Source: Octopus vulgaris (taxonomy: Eukaryota). From it: a stretch of DNA of 64,000 nucleotides. The notes beneath the pieces were generated by a model. That model did not search any database and was not told the origin of the DNA. It was given only the letters and a program-made list of their open reading frames with translations. Of this stretch, positions 39,808-55,193 are shown piece by piece (the first letter of the stretch is position 1; each line of letters begins with the position of its first letter). The stretch is taken from contig OX597838.1 of NCBI GenBank assembly GCA_951406725.2, forward strand, positions 3,410,001 to 3,474,000, given 5' to 3'. Both the position numbers and the translations under genes were made by a program.

Positions 39808-39999
39808 GTATATGTAAGTGGGTATATATATGCATGCATACATATATATATGTTGTGTGTGTGTGTTATATCAAACATTTCACCCAATCGCTTTCATTAA
39901 TATGCATTTGTTTCTCTGAGCAGGAGGAGCCTGTTGGCTTCCATTGAAGTTTCGACAAACTTTTTTTCCCCCACCTTCGTCGCCACCTTTCATGCTCCC

Positions 40000-40036
<37 letters not shown>

Positions 40037-40312
40037 CTTGCTTTTTTTCTCTCTTTCTCTCTCTCTCTCTCTTTCATCTGACTACGTGAGAAGCTACTAA
40101 AAGTACTAATCTCCCTGTCTATTTGGATCTTTATCATGAACACACACATACACACACACACACACATATATATATGTTTATACATATATCTGTGTATGTA
40201 TACACGCACGCACATACACGTGTGTGTATGCATTCGTACGCACAGACACACACAACTATGCATAAATATATAAATGCATATATATATAAATGCACACACA
40301 CACACACACATG

Positions 40313-40365
<53 letters not shown>

Positions 40366-40639
40366 GGAGTGAGGGGGGAAACGGGCGCCAAGTCCGATAA
40401 CTCTTATCATGCACTAACGGGAGCAATTTCTATGTGGTTTGCCTGAGCTGCTAGAAATAGTTAGCAATTCCTCCACGTATCATACTGTACCGTCTGAAAA
40501 ATTGGGAAAGGATGCACTTGGTAACGAAAGTGGTCTTAGGTGAACTGTACCTGAAAAATACAGAGGGTGGTCAGAGCTGAACTGCTTTTGGTTATCGATT
40601 TGCTTGAGCAAGCCTAACCTGGGTCTAAACAGTTGGCAA

Positions 40640-40830
40640 TATAGGGCCTGGATGCACATCAGTATGTACGATAGCTGCAATGCCGTTCCTTGCTTGATCT
40701 CTTGAACATGAGCCGTCCAAAAGTAGTTTCTTAATTCTGCAAGGAGTCCACACTCCCTTCCACAGATGTAGCAATGAGGGCCGCCTCTTAAAGCAGGCGT
40801 TCAGAGAGCTTACCACGCGCGCCGATAAAT
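40640..40830 (-). mobile_element. Possible LINE 3' fragment with C-terminal zinc finger
   Basis: Minus frame GPHCYICGRECGLLAELRNY resembles the C-x2-CGR-C terminal motif of RTE-type ORF2. Confidence 0.4.
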
Positions 40831-40987
40831 GCCTTCATTCCGTCATGGAATTTTTCACTTGAGTGATTTGTCTTTCTCAACTCTGCAATACTTAAAGGAG
40901 AAAATAAAAATCAAATGATGCATGTGTCTGATGCCCTTTAAAGTGAGGAAAGGCCTTGAGAGGGGCCAATCTCACTCTCCGAACAAT

Positions 40988-41335
40988 ACTCTTTACTCTT
41001 TTACTTGTTTCAGTCATTTGACTGCGGCCATGCTGGAGCACCACCTTTAGACGAGCAACTCGACCCCGGGACTTATTCTTTGTAAGCCCAGTACTTATTC
41101 TATCGGTTTCTTTTGCCGAACCGCTAAGTGACATAAACACACCAGCATCGGGACATAACACACAAACACAGCATCATATATATATATATATATATACAAA
41201 ATAAATATAAGAGAGTGTTTGTCAAGCAATCCAAGAGGTTTGTTGGATTAACTGGGGAACACATAATAAAATATTATAATAATCCAGACACTACAATACT
41301 ATTAAATTAGTATCTAATTCTCTCACCCTTATTAA

Positions 41336-41398
<63 letters not shown>

Positions 41399-41561
41399 GA
41401 CAGGCTTCTTTCAGTTTCCGTCTACCAAATCCACTCACAAGGCATTGGTCGGCCCGGGGCTATAGCAGAAGACACTTGCCCAAGATGCCACGCAGTGGGA
41501 TTGAACCTGGAACCATGTGGCTGGTTAGCAAGCTATTTACCACACAGCCACTCCTGCGCCT
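40988..41561 (-). mobile_element. SINE family A copy with a roughly 140-bp insert in its (TA)n tract
   Basis: Tail at 40988 and head at 41561, with an AT-rich insert at about 41196-41340 between TA repeats. Confidence 0.85.
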
Positions 41562-42926
41562 ATATGTATGTCTTTGTTCAAAAAAGAGCTGGTTTATGCG
41601 ATTACCTATGCTGGTGCCACAGGAAAAACATCCAGCACACTCTGTAAAGTGCTTACAGGTAAAGTTGGTTTACCTTCTCGAGTCTTGCCAACTTATAAGG
41701 ACTGCTTTCCTGGTTTCCATGGCGTATCTGTGAGGAATTGATTGCTATTTCTAGCAGCTCATGCAACCACATAGAGACTGCTCCTGTTAATGCATGTTAA
41801 GAGTTATTGGACTTGGCGGCTGTTTCCTCATCTCTCCCCCTCTCTTTATATATGTGAAGGCGCAAGGCTCAGTGGTTAGAGCGTCGAGCTTACGATCGTG
41901 AGGTTGTGAGTTCGATTCCTGGACTGGGCTGCTTGTTGTTTTCTTGAGCAAGACATTTTATTTCACATTGCTCCAGTTAACTCAGCTGTAGAAATGAGTT
42001 GTGACATCACTGGTGCCAAGCTGTATCGGCCCCTTTTGCCTTTCTCTAGGATAACATCAGTGGTGTGGAGTGGAGGAGGCTGGCATGCATGGGCGACTGC
42101 TGGCCTTCCACAAACAACCTTGTCCAGACTTGTGCCTTGGAGGGGAACTTTCCAGGTGCAATCCCATGGTCGTTCTTGACCGAAGGGGGTCTTCTCAAGT
42201 TCCCCACCTGGAGGGGATGCCACTCCATCACAAGTTAACTCACTTTTGCTAACTGAATGGACTGGAACAACTTGAAATAAAGTGTTTTGCTCAAGAACAC
42301 AACGCGTTGCCTGGCCCAGGAATTGAAACCACAACCTTGCGATCACGAGTGCAATGCCCTAAACACTAAGCCACGAGCTTCCACTGTAGAGTGGCTCTCA
42401 GACAGGCTCTTCTGCTTGCCAGGCTCTGCTCAATCCATCCAACACACGCCAGCATGAAATATAGACATTAAATGATGATAATGATGATGATGGTGGTGGT
42501 GGTGGTGATGGCGATGGTGGTGGTGGTGATGGTGGTAGTGATGATGGTGGTGGTGGTGGTGATGTTGGTGGTGGTGATGATGATGATGATCTCTCATCTT
42601 TTATCAACATCTTGAAGAACTTTTCTATTGCACACATTTTTGTCAAACTGATAAGTGATGGGGACATAAACAAACCAGCACTGGTTGTCAAACAGTGATA
42701 GGAGACAAACACAGACACAAACATGCACACACATGACGGGCTTCTTTCAGTTTCCATCTACTATGGAGAAAGCGCTGTAGTATCAGCCCGGTTACAAGAT
42801 CAAAGATCGTGTTGCTTCATCAGCAAAATGTGTCCTTCGTGAACATTAGCAAGCAATTAGGATGCAGCAAAATGGCCAGTGGACAATATAAAGATCAGCA
42901 AAGAACGGGTGGTCCAAGAAAAACAA

Positions 42927-43087
42927 CAGGAGTGGCTGTGTTGTAAGTAGCTTGCTTACCAACCACATGGGTCTGGGTTCAGTCCCACTATGTGGCACCT
43001 TGGACAAGTGTCTTCTACTATAGCCTCAGGCCGACCAAAGCCTTGTGAGTGGATTTGGTGGATGGAAACTGAAAGAAGCCTGTCATG

Positions 43088-43164
<77 letters not shown>

Positions 43165-43385
43165 ATGTTTGTGTGTCTGTGATTGCTCCCCCCTCCCAAC
43201 ATCGCTTGACAACCGATGCTGGTGTGTTTACGTCCCCATCACTTAGTGGTTTGGCAAGAGAGACCGATAGAATAAGTACTAGGTTTACAATGAATAAGTC
43301 CTAGGGTCAATTTGCTTGACTAAAGGTGGTGCTCCAGCATGGCCACAGTCAAATGACTGAAAAAAATAAAAAAAAGATAAAAGAT
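42927..43385 (+). mobile_element. SINE family A, full-length copy
   Basis: Same architecture as the other copies. Adjacent copies in mixed orientation continue to about 45320. Confidence 0.85.
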
Positions 43386-43399
43386 AAAATGATGTGTGC

Positions 43400-43479
<80 letters not shown>

Positions 43480-46400
43480 GAACTTCTTTTAGTTCCTGGA
43501 TATGAAATCCATTCACAAGGCTTCAGTTGGCCTAGGGCTATAGTAGACATCACTCTTGCCCAAGGTGCTGCACTGTGGAATTGAACCTGAGACCGCATGG
43601 CTGGAAAGCATTCTCCTTAGCCATACCACCACACCTGTCCATGTAAGATATCAAATTATTTATTCTTGTCAAGATTGCAGCTGTTTACTCGCATGGGTGC
43701 ACACATACAGTGCAAAATACGACGAAATTTGCACAGAAGCAGTTTTCTGTGCACACTCACTCCGTCTGTCCGTCTGTCTCTCTCTGTGCACAAACACTGC
43801 AGAAATTGAAAGACACAATGTTTGTGAGTCATTGTGACTTCACTGGTAAGTTTAGTCTATTGCCAGGGTTTACTTCATTCACTCGTACTTGCTTCATTCA
43901 CTGGTACTTGCTTGTCCTCAGTGAAGTACAAATGTGTTCGTGTGTTGGAAGTGTTTGGGACCAGATCTGATGTTTCATTGATGGTAACATGCTCCCTTTC
44001 GTTTCAGAGGTCCCTGAAAATGTTGATGGGCTTAGCTTTTTTTTTTTATGTCTGAACAAGGTATTAAAAAAAATAAAATTGCTTACCAAGCACATGGTTC
44101 CAGGTTCAGTCCCACTGCATGGCACCCTGGGCAAGTGTCTTCTACTATAGCTCTCGGCTGACCAAAGCCTTGTGAGTGGATTTAGTCGATGGAAACTGAA
44201 AGAAGCCCATTGTATATATATATGCTTTTATTCTTTTACTTGTTTTGGTCTTTTGACTGTGGCCATGCTAGAGCACCACCGTAAATGGTTTTTTAGTCAA
44301 AGAAAGTGACACCCAGGACTTTTTCTTTGTAAGCCTAATATTTATCCCATCGGAACCTTTTGCTGAGCTGTTAAGTCTCAGGGACATAAACACACCAACA
44401 TTGGTTGTCAAGCGATGGCAGGGAGTGGGGGGGATGAACAGACACAATGACACACACACAAAAATATATATATGTGTGTGTGTATGTGTGTGCCATGGGC
44501 TTCTTTCAGTTTCCATCTAATAAATCCACTCCCAAGGCTTTGGTCGGCCCGAGGCTATAGTAGAAGACACTTGCCAAAGGTACCTCGCAGTGGGACTGAA
44601 CCCAGACTATGTGGTTGGAAAGCAAGCTTCTTACCACACTGCCATGCTTGTACATGTAGGAAGGTGCATGACTTAGTGGTTAGGGTATTCGGCTCACAAT
44701 CATAGGGTCGCGAGTTCGATTCCTGAGGGCACCTTGTGTCCTTGATCAAGACACTTTACTTCACATTGCTTCTGTCCACTCAGCTGGCAGAAATGATTAG
44801 TAACCTGTAATTCAAGGGGTCAGCCTTGTCACACTCTGTGTCATGCTGAATCTCCCTCAGAAGTATATGAAGGGGGTATGTGTGTCTGTGGAGTACTCAG
44901 CCACTTGCATGTTAACCTCACAAGCAAGCTGTTCTGTTGATCATTTCACCTGGAACCCTTGTTGTCGTAAGCGATGGGGTGCCAGTATGCATTCATGTAT
45001 GGCAGGGGGCTTAATGTTTAGGATATTTAACTTGATCTTAAGGTCGGTAGGTCCCTTTCCAACAGGGTGTTGGGTCCTTGAGCAAGACACTTTATTTCTT
45101 GCTGTTCCAGTCCACTCAGCTGGCAAAAATGAATTCATCATCATCATCATCATCATCATCATCGTTTGACGTCCGCTTTCCATGCTAGCATGGGTTGGAC
45201 GATTTGACTGAGGACTGGTGAGCCAGATGGCTGCACCTGGGGTCAATTTTTTCAACTAAAAGTGGTGCTCCAGCATGGCCACAGTCAAATGACTGAAACA
45301 AATAAAAGAGTAAAGAGTAAAAGAGAGTGTCTGTGAAGTCCCCAGCCACTTTCACATTAATTTCACAAACAGGCCGTTTGGTTGATTGGATCACCTGGAA
45401 TACTCATCATTGTAACTGATGGAGAGCTGGGCCATGTATGTATGTATCCATGTATGTTTGCCTTTGTGTTTGTCCACCCTCCCACCACCAATATTTGACG
45501 ACTGGTGTTTGTTTGTTTATGTCCTTGTAACTTAGCATTTTGGCAAAAGATTCCAATAGAATAAGTGCTAGGCTTTTAAAATAATTAGTACTTAGGTTGA
45601 GGTCGTTGCCAGTGCCGCTGGACTGGCTCCTGTGCAGGTGGCAATTAAAAAAACACCATTTTGAGCATGGCCATTCCAGTACAGCCTGACTGGCACATAA
45701 AAGCACTCACTACACTCTCGGAGTGGTTGGCATTAGGAAGGGCATCCAGATTGGAGCCTGGTGCAGCCTCCATGGCTTACTAGACCCCGGTCGAACCGTT
45801 CAACCCATGCTAGCATGGAAAGCGGACGTTAAACAATGATAATGATGATGATGATGTTGGTTTGTTTAACTAAATCTTTCAAGGTTGTGCCCCAGCATGG
45901 CAGCAGTCCAGTGACAGAAAAAAGTGAAAGAGAAAGATTCGGCTTTGATTGGGACAAAAGAGAGACCGAACAAAAAGAGAAGGACATTTATATGCTTAAC
46001 TTAGCTCAGCTCAGCTTAGCTTTTTACTGTGTCAATGTCAGTAAAGAGACAGACGGGGATAGAGATGTGCAAACAGAGAATATGACACAGACATGGCCAG
46101 CAGGTGATAACCAGAGGTATTCTTACTCAGCAGTTTGGTAACACACAAGAAAGCCATTATTAATTTGTGAATTTGTTCGTTGAACTTTAGGATTTGTGCC
46201 ATTACAAAAGAGGGAAGGGAAAGAAGTAACTGGGAGAGGTGAGAGAGGAAAGAAGTAAAAAGGTAAAAGGGATAAACTTCTTTTTTTTTCTCCCTCCCAG
46301 TTCAAGGATTCCTCTAAGTGTCACAACTCTGTTGGCCACAAATTAATTCATTGAAAATTGAAAATTAATGTGGGAGTCACAAGCCCTTTGCTTTAACAAA

Positions 46401-47071
46401 AAAGTTTTGTTGAAAATTTAAATGATTTTCTTCATTTAATTCTGAGAAATTTTACAATTTAATATTCACACAAAAATATTACCTGCATTATTATAGCGGT
46501 AGGGTTTTGAATGGCTGCACAAACAGCGTCATTAAAGGAAAATAAATCACAAAAAAATAAATCTTTCTCTCCCTCCTCCCTATCTCTCTTACCCCCTCTC
46601 TCTGTTTCCCTGTCTCTCTACTTCTCCTTCTCTCTTTATCCCTCCTTCCCTTCTCGCTACTTCTCCCTTCACCTCTCCTCCTCCATTTCTCTATCCTTAC
46701 CCTCTTCCTCTTTCTCTGTTTCTCTTTCCCCACTTCCCTGTTCTCCTCTTCCTTCACCTGCTTTCTCTTGCCCTCTCTCCCTCTCTCCCACTCTTTTGCT
46801 CTCTCTTTCCCCTCTTTCTCTCACTCTCTCTTCCTCTTTATTATCAAATAATCTTGTTACCTTTATTTTATTTTATTACCTGATTGAACAATCTTTTCTT
46901 TTATTGCTGCTAATGTTGCTTAACCCTAAATCAACTTTGAATGCTGTAAATTGAGAGAAATTTGGTTGCTATTTCTTGTATGTTGTATGCACCAGTGCTA
47001 CTCAAAGTGTCGGTCTGTGAGCCATCAGCTGCCGGTACACGGCAAGTTTCCAGAAAAGGAACATTATAAAA

Positions 47072-47455
47072 TCATCATCATCATCATCATTTAACATCTG
47101 CTTTCCATGCTAGCATGGGTTGGACGGTTCAACTGGGGTCTGGGAAGCCAGAAGGCTGCATCAGGCCCAGTCTGATCTGGCAGTGTTTCTACAGCTGGAT
47201 GCCCTTCCTAACGCCAACAACTCCGGGAGTGTAGTGGGTGCTTTTTACGTGCCACCAGCACAGGGGCCAGAGGAGGCTGGCAGACGGCCACGATCGGATG
47301 GTGCTTTTTACGTGCCACCAGCACAGGGACCAGACGAAGCTGGCAACGACCACGGTCGTATGGTGCTTTTACGTGCCACTGGCATGGAGGCCAATCGGGC
47401 TGCGCTGGCTACGGCCATGTTCGGATGGTTCTCTTACGTGCCACCGGCACTGGTA
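47072..47455 (-). mobile_element. Repeat family D with an RTE-type 3' end and (GAT)n tail
   Basis: GGCGTTAGGAAGGGCATCCAGCTGTAGAAAC...CCAACCCATGCTAGCATGGAAAGC..(GAT)n with internal GGCACGTAAAAGCAC subrepeats. Other copies lie at about 763-1150, 16257-16590, 20815-21035, 45598-45855 and 59440-59702. Confidence 0.75.
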
Positions 47456-48323
47456 TGCTTATGTAATATTGTATTATTTGTTTACAAAATAAAAGGCGGT
47501 GAGCTGGCAGAAACATTAGCCCGCCGGGCGAAATGCTTAGCAGTATTTCGTCTGCTGTTATGTTCTGAGTTCAAATTCCGCCGAGGTCGACTTTGCCTTT
47601 CATCCTTTCGGGGTCTATTAAATGAGTACCAGTTACGCACTGGGGTCGACATAATCGACTTAATCCGTTTGTCTGTCTTTGTTTGTCCTTTTTGTGTTTA
47701 GCCCCTTGTGGGTAGTAAAGAAATAGTAAAGAACTATACATATATATGCATATCATCACCATCATCGTTGTTTTAACTTACACTTTTTCTTGCTAATATG
47801 GGTAGGATGGAATATGTTGATGGTCATTTGAATTACAAGGACTTCTAATTTTTGATCAGCTGAATGGAGTGTAGCAAGTGTGAAATAAAGTGTCTTGCTC
47901 AAGGACACAACTTTCGGTGAGCCAAATACCCTAATCTCTAAGCCACGCACATTCACGGGGGCTATAGTAGAAAAGTAAAGACGCATATCCTTGATGCCAA
48001 GCTCTGGGATTGAACCTGAAACTGGATGGCTATGAAGCAATCTTTTTAACTTCACAGCTATGCCTGAAATTGCATTTAAATTTCAAAAGAATGGCAACTT
48101 ATAAATCCTTACAGAAGTTTAATTGTTAATTTTTCTAAATTTTTATCCCTTTTTTTGAATTTTCAATTTAAGGTTTATGAGTTATCGAAACCCGTGGATA
48201 ATTCCTTTTAAACCCGGAACTTGAAATCCCCTGTCAAATTTCTGGGTCAGATTACAGGAAAAGGTGACATTAATGTCGCCTTCATTTTACTAACACACAG
48301 TCAGGGGTAAGTAAATGTACTAA

Positions 48324-49087
<764 letters not shown>

Positions 49088-49480
49088 TATGCATACACTC
49101 ACACACATTGTCTATGCATCACTTTCTCCATGTATATTCACCTAAATCTGTTTATGTGTGTGTAACATTTTACATCTGTATCTAAACTTAGATGTATGTG
49201 TGTGTGTGCATGTGTGTGCATGTGTGTGCATGTGTGTGCATGTGTGTGCATGTGTAAGTGTGTGTGTGAGTGTGCTAATCTTTCTTTTCATCTCTGGTTC
49301 TCTCCTTTCTTCTCACACCCTGCCCCCCCCCTCTCTCTCCTTCTTTCTTATGCTGCTTCTTATTCTTTTCCTCCTCTCAAAAAACCCTGATTCCCCCCCC
49401 CCCACCACTGAAGTTTCAATCTCTAAAGCCTAACAAATGGCTCCTTATTCCAAATATACAGTTCTTATCACTATTCCTGG

Positions 49481-50491
49481 ACATACATACATGCATAAAT
49501 ACATATATACATATATACATACATACATACATGCATACATACATACATACATACATACATACATGCATACATGCATACATACATACATACACACATACAT
49601 ATATACACACATACATACATGCATGCATACATACATACATACATGCATGCATACATACATACATACATACACACAAACACACACAAATACAACATACATT
49701 CATACATGCATACACACATACATACATACACACACGCATACATACATATATACATACACACATACACACATACATATATACATACATATATACATAAATA
49801 CATACATACATACACACATACACACATATATACACACACACATACATACATACATACATACACACACAAACATACATACATACATACATACACACATACA
49901 TACATACACATACATACACACATACACACATACATACATTAATACATACATACACACACACATACATACATACATACATACATACATACATACATACATA
50001 CATACATACATACATACATACATACACACATACACACATACATACATACATACACACATACATTTTCAGCATGGTGGTATCTCTTAGATACCTTAAATTA
50101 TAATTTTAATAATAATTATTACCTTTGAAGGTTTTTATTTCCATGCTGGTCACCTGATAAGATTGGTATTTAAATATCAATCTTATCCTTATTTATATAT
50201 ATATATAGATATATATAAATATATATATATACACACACACATAGATATATGTATATATCTATGTGTGTGTGTCTATGTGTTTCTATTTGTCTCCCCACCA
50301 CTGCTTGGCAACCTGCGTTGGTGTGTTTATGTCCCTTAACGGTTTGGCATAAGAGACCGATTGGATAAGTACCATGCTTAAAAAAATACTGGGGTCGATT
50401 CGTTTCACTGGAATCCTTCAAGGAGGAGCCCCAGCATGGCCGCAGTCTAATGACTGAAACAAATATAAGAATAAAAGATAAAAGATGTGTT

Positions 50492-50525
<34 letters not shown>

Positions 50526-50945
50526 TGTATGTATGTATATATGTATGTGTGTTTGTATGTGCATGTATGTGTGTATGTATGTGTGTGTATGCATGTATGC
50601 TTGTATGTGTGTATGTGTGTATGTGCATATGTATGTGTGTGTTTATATGTATGTATGCTTGTGCATATATGTGTGTGTGTGTGTGTGTTTCTATGTATGT
50701 ATGTATGCATGTATGTATGCATGTATGTATGTGTGTGCATGTATGTGTGTGTATGTATGTATGCATGTATGTATGCGCGTATGTATGTGTGTGTTTATAT
50801 GTATGTATGCTTGTGTATATATGTGTGTATTTCTATGAAATGTATGATGTGTGTATGAATGTGTGTGTATATGTGTGTATATGTATGTGTATATGTATGT
50901 GTATATGTATGTGTATATGCATGTATGTATGTATGTATGTACACC
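49481..50945. repeat. Opposed degenerate (CATA/CA)n and (TATG/TG)n tracts around a SINE fragment
   Basis: 49481-50062 is CA-rich and 50485-50945 is TG-rich. These tracts generate the long YVCM/HTYI ORFs. Confidence 0.92.
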
Positions 50946-51089
50946 TACGTATACACGTTAACATCAGCAGGCATTGCAATGGAAACTCTGTCTATCCGTC
51001 TGCCTGACTGCCTGCCTGTCTGTCTGTCTGTCTGTGTTCATGTCTCCAGCTGTAGACCTTTGATGACATTTCTCCTGACTAGCTGGGTG

Positions 51090-51475
51090 ACAGTGATGGT
51101 GGTGGTGGAGGCATTGGGGTGGGCGGGGAGGTATTTCCTGAGAGTTGTGAAGATGGTGGTGGTGGTGGTGGTGGCGGTGGTGGCGATGGTGGTGATGGTG
51201 GTGCATATGTTAAGTGCTGCTGCTGCTTGTTATGGTGATGGTGATGCTGATGGTGGTGGTGGTGGTGGTAATGTAGATGATGATGATGATGATGATTGTG
51301 GTGGTGGTTGTCTTGGCAATGATGGTGGCAGCGATGGTGATGATGATGATGATGATGATGAAAAAAGATGAAGAAGAAGAAGAAGAAGAAGAAGAAGAAG
51401 AAGAAGAAGAAGAAGAAGAAGAAGAAGAAGAAGATGATGATGATGATGATGATGACAGTGATAATGATGATGAAG
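51090..51475. repeat. Trinucleotide repeat complex (GGT)n/(GAT)n/(GAA)n
   Basis: Directly visible, with a pure (GAA)n run at about 51370-51433. Confidence 0.92.
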
Positions 51476-52742
51476 CACCATTCTGTAGAAATATATCAGC
51501 TGACCTGTTGGGCTGATCACGTGATCAACTGCTGTGTTAACAGAAAGTATTTCACATCTGTCAGGGAAATGTCTTTGAAATTGGTTCTTTCTGGAACAGA
51601 ATTGGCAATATGCTTCTTCTCTGTGACTGTAAAAGCACCAGCACTGTTGTTGTTGTTGTTGTTGTTGTTGTTGTATGTACTGTACTATTCTGGATTTGTT
51701 GTTGTTCTGTGTAGTGTTGTTGTTATTGTTGTTGAACCTATTGTAGAGTTGGTGCCTCCAATATTCTTGTTGTTGCTTTGTTGCCTTGCCCCCTCCTCTC
51801 TCTTGCTCCTTTTGCCCCTTGCCCCTTGACTCTTTGCCCCCTTGATCCATTGCCCCTTGGCAAGAGAAAAAGAAGGGGGCCACAGCAGGATTTGAACTCT
51901 GAAGGCTGAGAACCAGAACAAAGTCAGCAGAGTATTTCATCCTCCGATGCTCTAATGATTCGGCCAGTCTCCAGTATTCTTCATTTGTACTTTATTTTTA
52001 CGGACCCTGGAAGGGTGAAAAACAAAGTTAACTTGGGTAGAACTGAACTCAGAACACAAGAAGCAGTGATGAATACCACAAGGCATTTATACTACATGGT
52101 CCCAGGTTCAATCCACTGCGTGGCAACTAGAGCAAGTGGCTTCTACTATGGCCACAGCCCAAGCAAAGCCTTGTGAGTGGATTTGGTGGAAGGAAACTGA
52201 AAGAAGCTTCTCACATACTATTGCTATAATGTTAAACTGTTGTATGTCCAAATTTGGCCAAATGCATATTTTTGGCATTATTTATTTTCGCAAGGCGGCG
52301 AGCTGGCAGAAACGTGAGCATGCTGGGTAAAATGCTTAGCGGTATTTCATTTGTCTATATATTCTGTGTTCAAATTCTGCCAAGGTCGACTTTGCCTTTC
52401 ATCCTTTTGGGGGTTGATAAATTATGTACCAGTTGCGTACTGGTGTCGATCTAATCGACTGAACCCCTCCCCCAAAATTTCGAGCCTTGTGCCCAGCATA
52501 GAAAAAAAAAGAATATTTATTTTTGTTTGCAATGGCCAGTTCTTTTGGTCAAACTATCGTATCTCCAGTTGCTTCAGATGCCAAGATATTAAAAATTGTC
52601 AAAGTGTAGTACAAAGGTTTTGTTACAGAATGGTAAAACCATTTTTCATTTTCTGAAAAAGCAATGTTTTGGACTTACAACACTTTTGCATAATAGCAAC
52701 GATATATATGTATATACATACATACATACATACATATATATG

Positions 52743-52781
<39 letters not shown>

Positions 52782-53022
52782 TACACTCATGGAGTGGTTG
52801 GCGTTAGGAAGGGCATCAAGCTGTAGAAACACTACCAGATCAGACTGGAGCCTGGTGCAGCCTCCTGGCTTCCGAGACCCCGGTCAAACCATCCAACACA
52901 TGCCGTTATACTCCTGAGCAACGCCGGGTTTCTCTGCTAGTGTGTGTGTGTGTGTGTGTGTATATAAGCATGTGTGTGTGTGTCTATATATATATATATA
53001 TACATATATATATGTATGTATG

Positions 53023-53081
<59 letters not shown>

Positions 53082-53746
53082 TTTTATTCTGTTATTTGAT
53101 TCGATCATTTGATTGTGGCCATGCTGGAGCACTGGATTTAGTCGAACAAATCGACCCCAGGACTTGTTCTTTGGAAGCCCAGTACTTATTCTATCAGTCT
53201 CTTTTGCCGAACTGCTAGTTTACGGGGATGAAAACACACCAACATTGGTTGTCAAGCGATGATGGGGGGACAAACACAGACACACAAAAACACGTGCGTG
53301 CGTGCTCACACACACACACACATATACACACACACATACACACATATACACGCACACACGACAGGCTTCTTTCAGTTTCCATCTACCAAATCCACTCACG
53401 AGGCTTTGGTCAGCCTGAGACTATAGTAGAAGACACTTGCCCAAAGTGCCACGCAGTGGGATTGAACCCAGAACCATGTGGTTGGTGAACAAGCTACATA
53501 CCACACGGCCACTCCTCTGTGTGTGTGTGTGTGTGTGTGTGTCTCTGTCTCTCTTTGTGTTAGTGTTTGATCTCCACCACCACCACCACCACCCGACTAA
53601 CGGTGTTGATTTGCTTATGTCCTTGTAACTTAAGGCTTCGGCAAAAAGTGACGGATGGAACAAGTACCAGACTTTTAAACAAACTTTACTCCCTTCAAAG
53701 CTGTGTCATAGCCTGGTTACGGTCCCAAAACTGAGAAAAATAACTT

Positions 53747-53787
<41 letters not shown>

Positions 53788-54082
53788 CACAATTAGAAAA
53801 CTTGTCTCTATTGTCTGGTTTATCTCCCTTGTTTCGCCTTCCTCCTGAATGTAAGGGAGATAATCGTTGGGTAACTTCAATGCAAAATAGAATTTTTTCT
53901 TTTCTTTTTGACGAAAACATTGAATCAAGTCTGCAAAACGATTTTTGTTTCTTTAAAAACTCCTAGTCACCTTATAAAATGTCTCCAAACTGTATACGTG
54001 TTGGTGATTATATATTTATTAATTCGTTATTTGCTATGCAACCAATATTAGTTTAAAATAGCATTCTGTAAATATTAACGGA

Positions 54083-55058
54083 CAGGGGTTGGACAAAATA
54101 ATGGAAACACCTTAAAATTTCAAACAAATTTATTTTAATATGGGGTAGGACCGCCTCTGGCAGTAATTACAGCTTGAATTCTACGAGGTATGGACTCGTA
54201 CAAAGTTTGAATTGTTTCCAAAGGACTTTTTTAAAATCCATTTTTCAGTTCAAACAGTCTCCAGTTCTTGTAGTGATGATGGTGGAGGATATCGACTCCT
54301 TACTTGTATTATTGAACATAAATGTTCAATAATATTGAGATCTGGGGACTGTGGTGGCCAGATAAGATGTTCAACTTCGCTAGAATCTTCCTCGTGCCAT
54401 TCAGTAACAACTTTAGCTGTGTGAATTGGTGCATTATCATCCTGAAAGATTGCGTTTCCCTCCGGAAACATTTCTGCAACAATAGGATGAATTTGATCAG
54501 ATAAAATTCTTAAATAGTCTTGACTATAAATTCTGCCATGAAGGGAAACAATTGGGTTGGTGGATTTCCAAGATATAGCCCCTCCCCACCATCCCCAGAT
54601 CATCACAGATCCTCCTCCATGTTTAGCAGTTGGAATAAGTCAGTCTGGGTCAAATGCTTCTTTTGACTGTCTCCACATATATACTCGGCCGGTGGTCAGA
54701 AGTGAGGTAAAGAATAACTCTTCTGAGAAAATAACATTCTTCCACTGCTCTAGAGACGAATTTTGTAGGATTTTACTCCACTCTAAACGCTTTGCAACAT
54801 TTGTTTTTGAAAGTAGTGGTTTTCTGATTGCATCCCTCCCATGAAATCTGGCTTTATGCAGCTCCTGGCGAACAGTTTTTGTGGAAACTGGGTTCTCGAG
54901 GTGGTCATTAAGCTCTACAGTAATTTTGGGAGCTGTACTTTTGTGATCCTTTCTAACAATTTGCGTAAGAGTCTGACGGTCCCTATCTGAAAGTTTTGGT
55001 TTTCTTCCAGAGTTTTGTTTCGACGAGGAGGTTTTCCCTTCTTTCTAAAAGGCTGTCA
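54083..55058 (-). mobile_element. Tc1-like transposon relic (3' TIR plus degenerate transposase, 5'-truncated)
   Basis: TIR-like end CAGGGGTTGGACAAAATAATGGAAACACC. Minus-strand translation gives GRKPKLSDRDRQTL..., WKNVIFSEE, KHGGGSVMIWG, FQDDNAPIHT and WPPQSPDLNIIE. The first catalytic Asp is mutated and there is an internal stop. Confidence 0.92.
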
Positions 55059-55193
55059 TTATATATATATATATACTCACACACACACACACACATATAT
55101 ATATGACAAGACAACAAAAAGATGAAAGAGACCTCGATATTATGTAAATAGAGGAATTTATCTATAAATATAATACGTGACAATTATTCGGTA

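Noticed and set aside
41859-41930. tRNA-like sequences here and at about 10149, 17975, 18622 and 44663
   Set aside because: The acceptor stems do not pair and each continues into a repeated SINE body, so these are SINE heads rather than tRNA genes.
49416-51007. Long ORFs of 150-218 aa (YVCM/HTYI repeats), and similar ones at 22641-23277 and 29466-30168
   Set aside because: They are translations of microsatellite or low-complexity DNA that happens to lack stop codons.
51230-51940. 236-aa ORF with poly-Q/H/L/S tracts
   Set aside because: It is built from trinucleotide repeats, is open in several frames on both strands, and has no splice or domain support.
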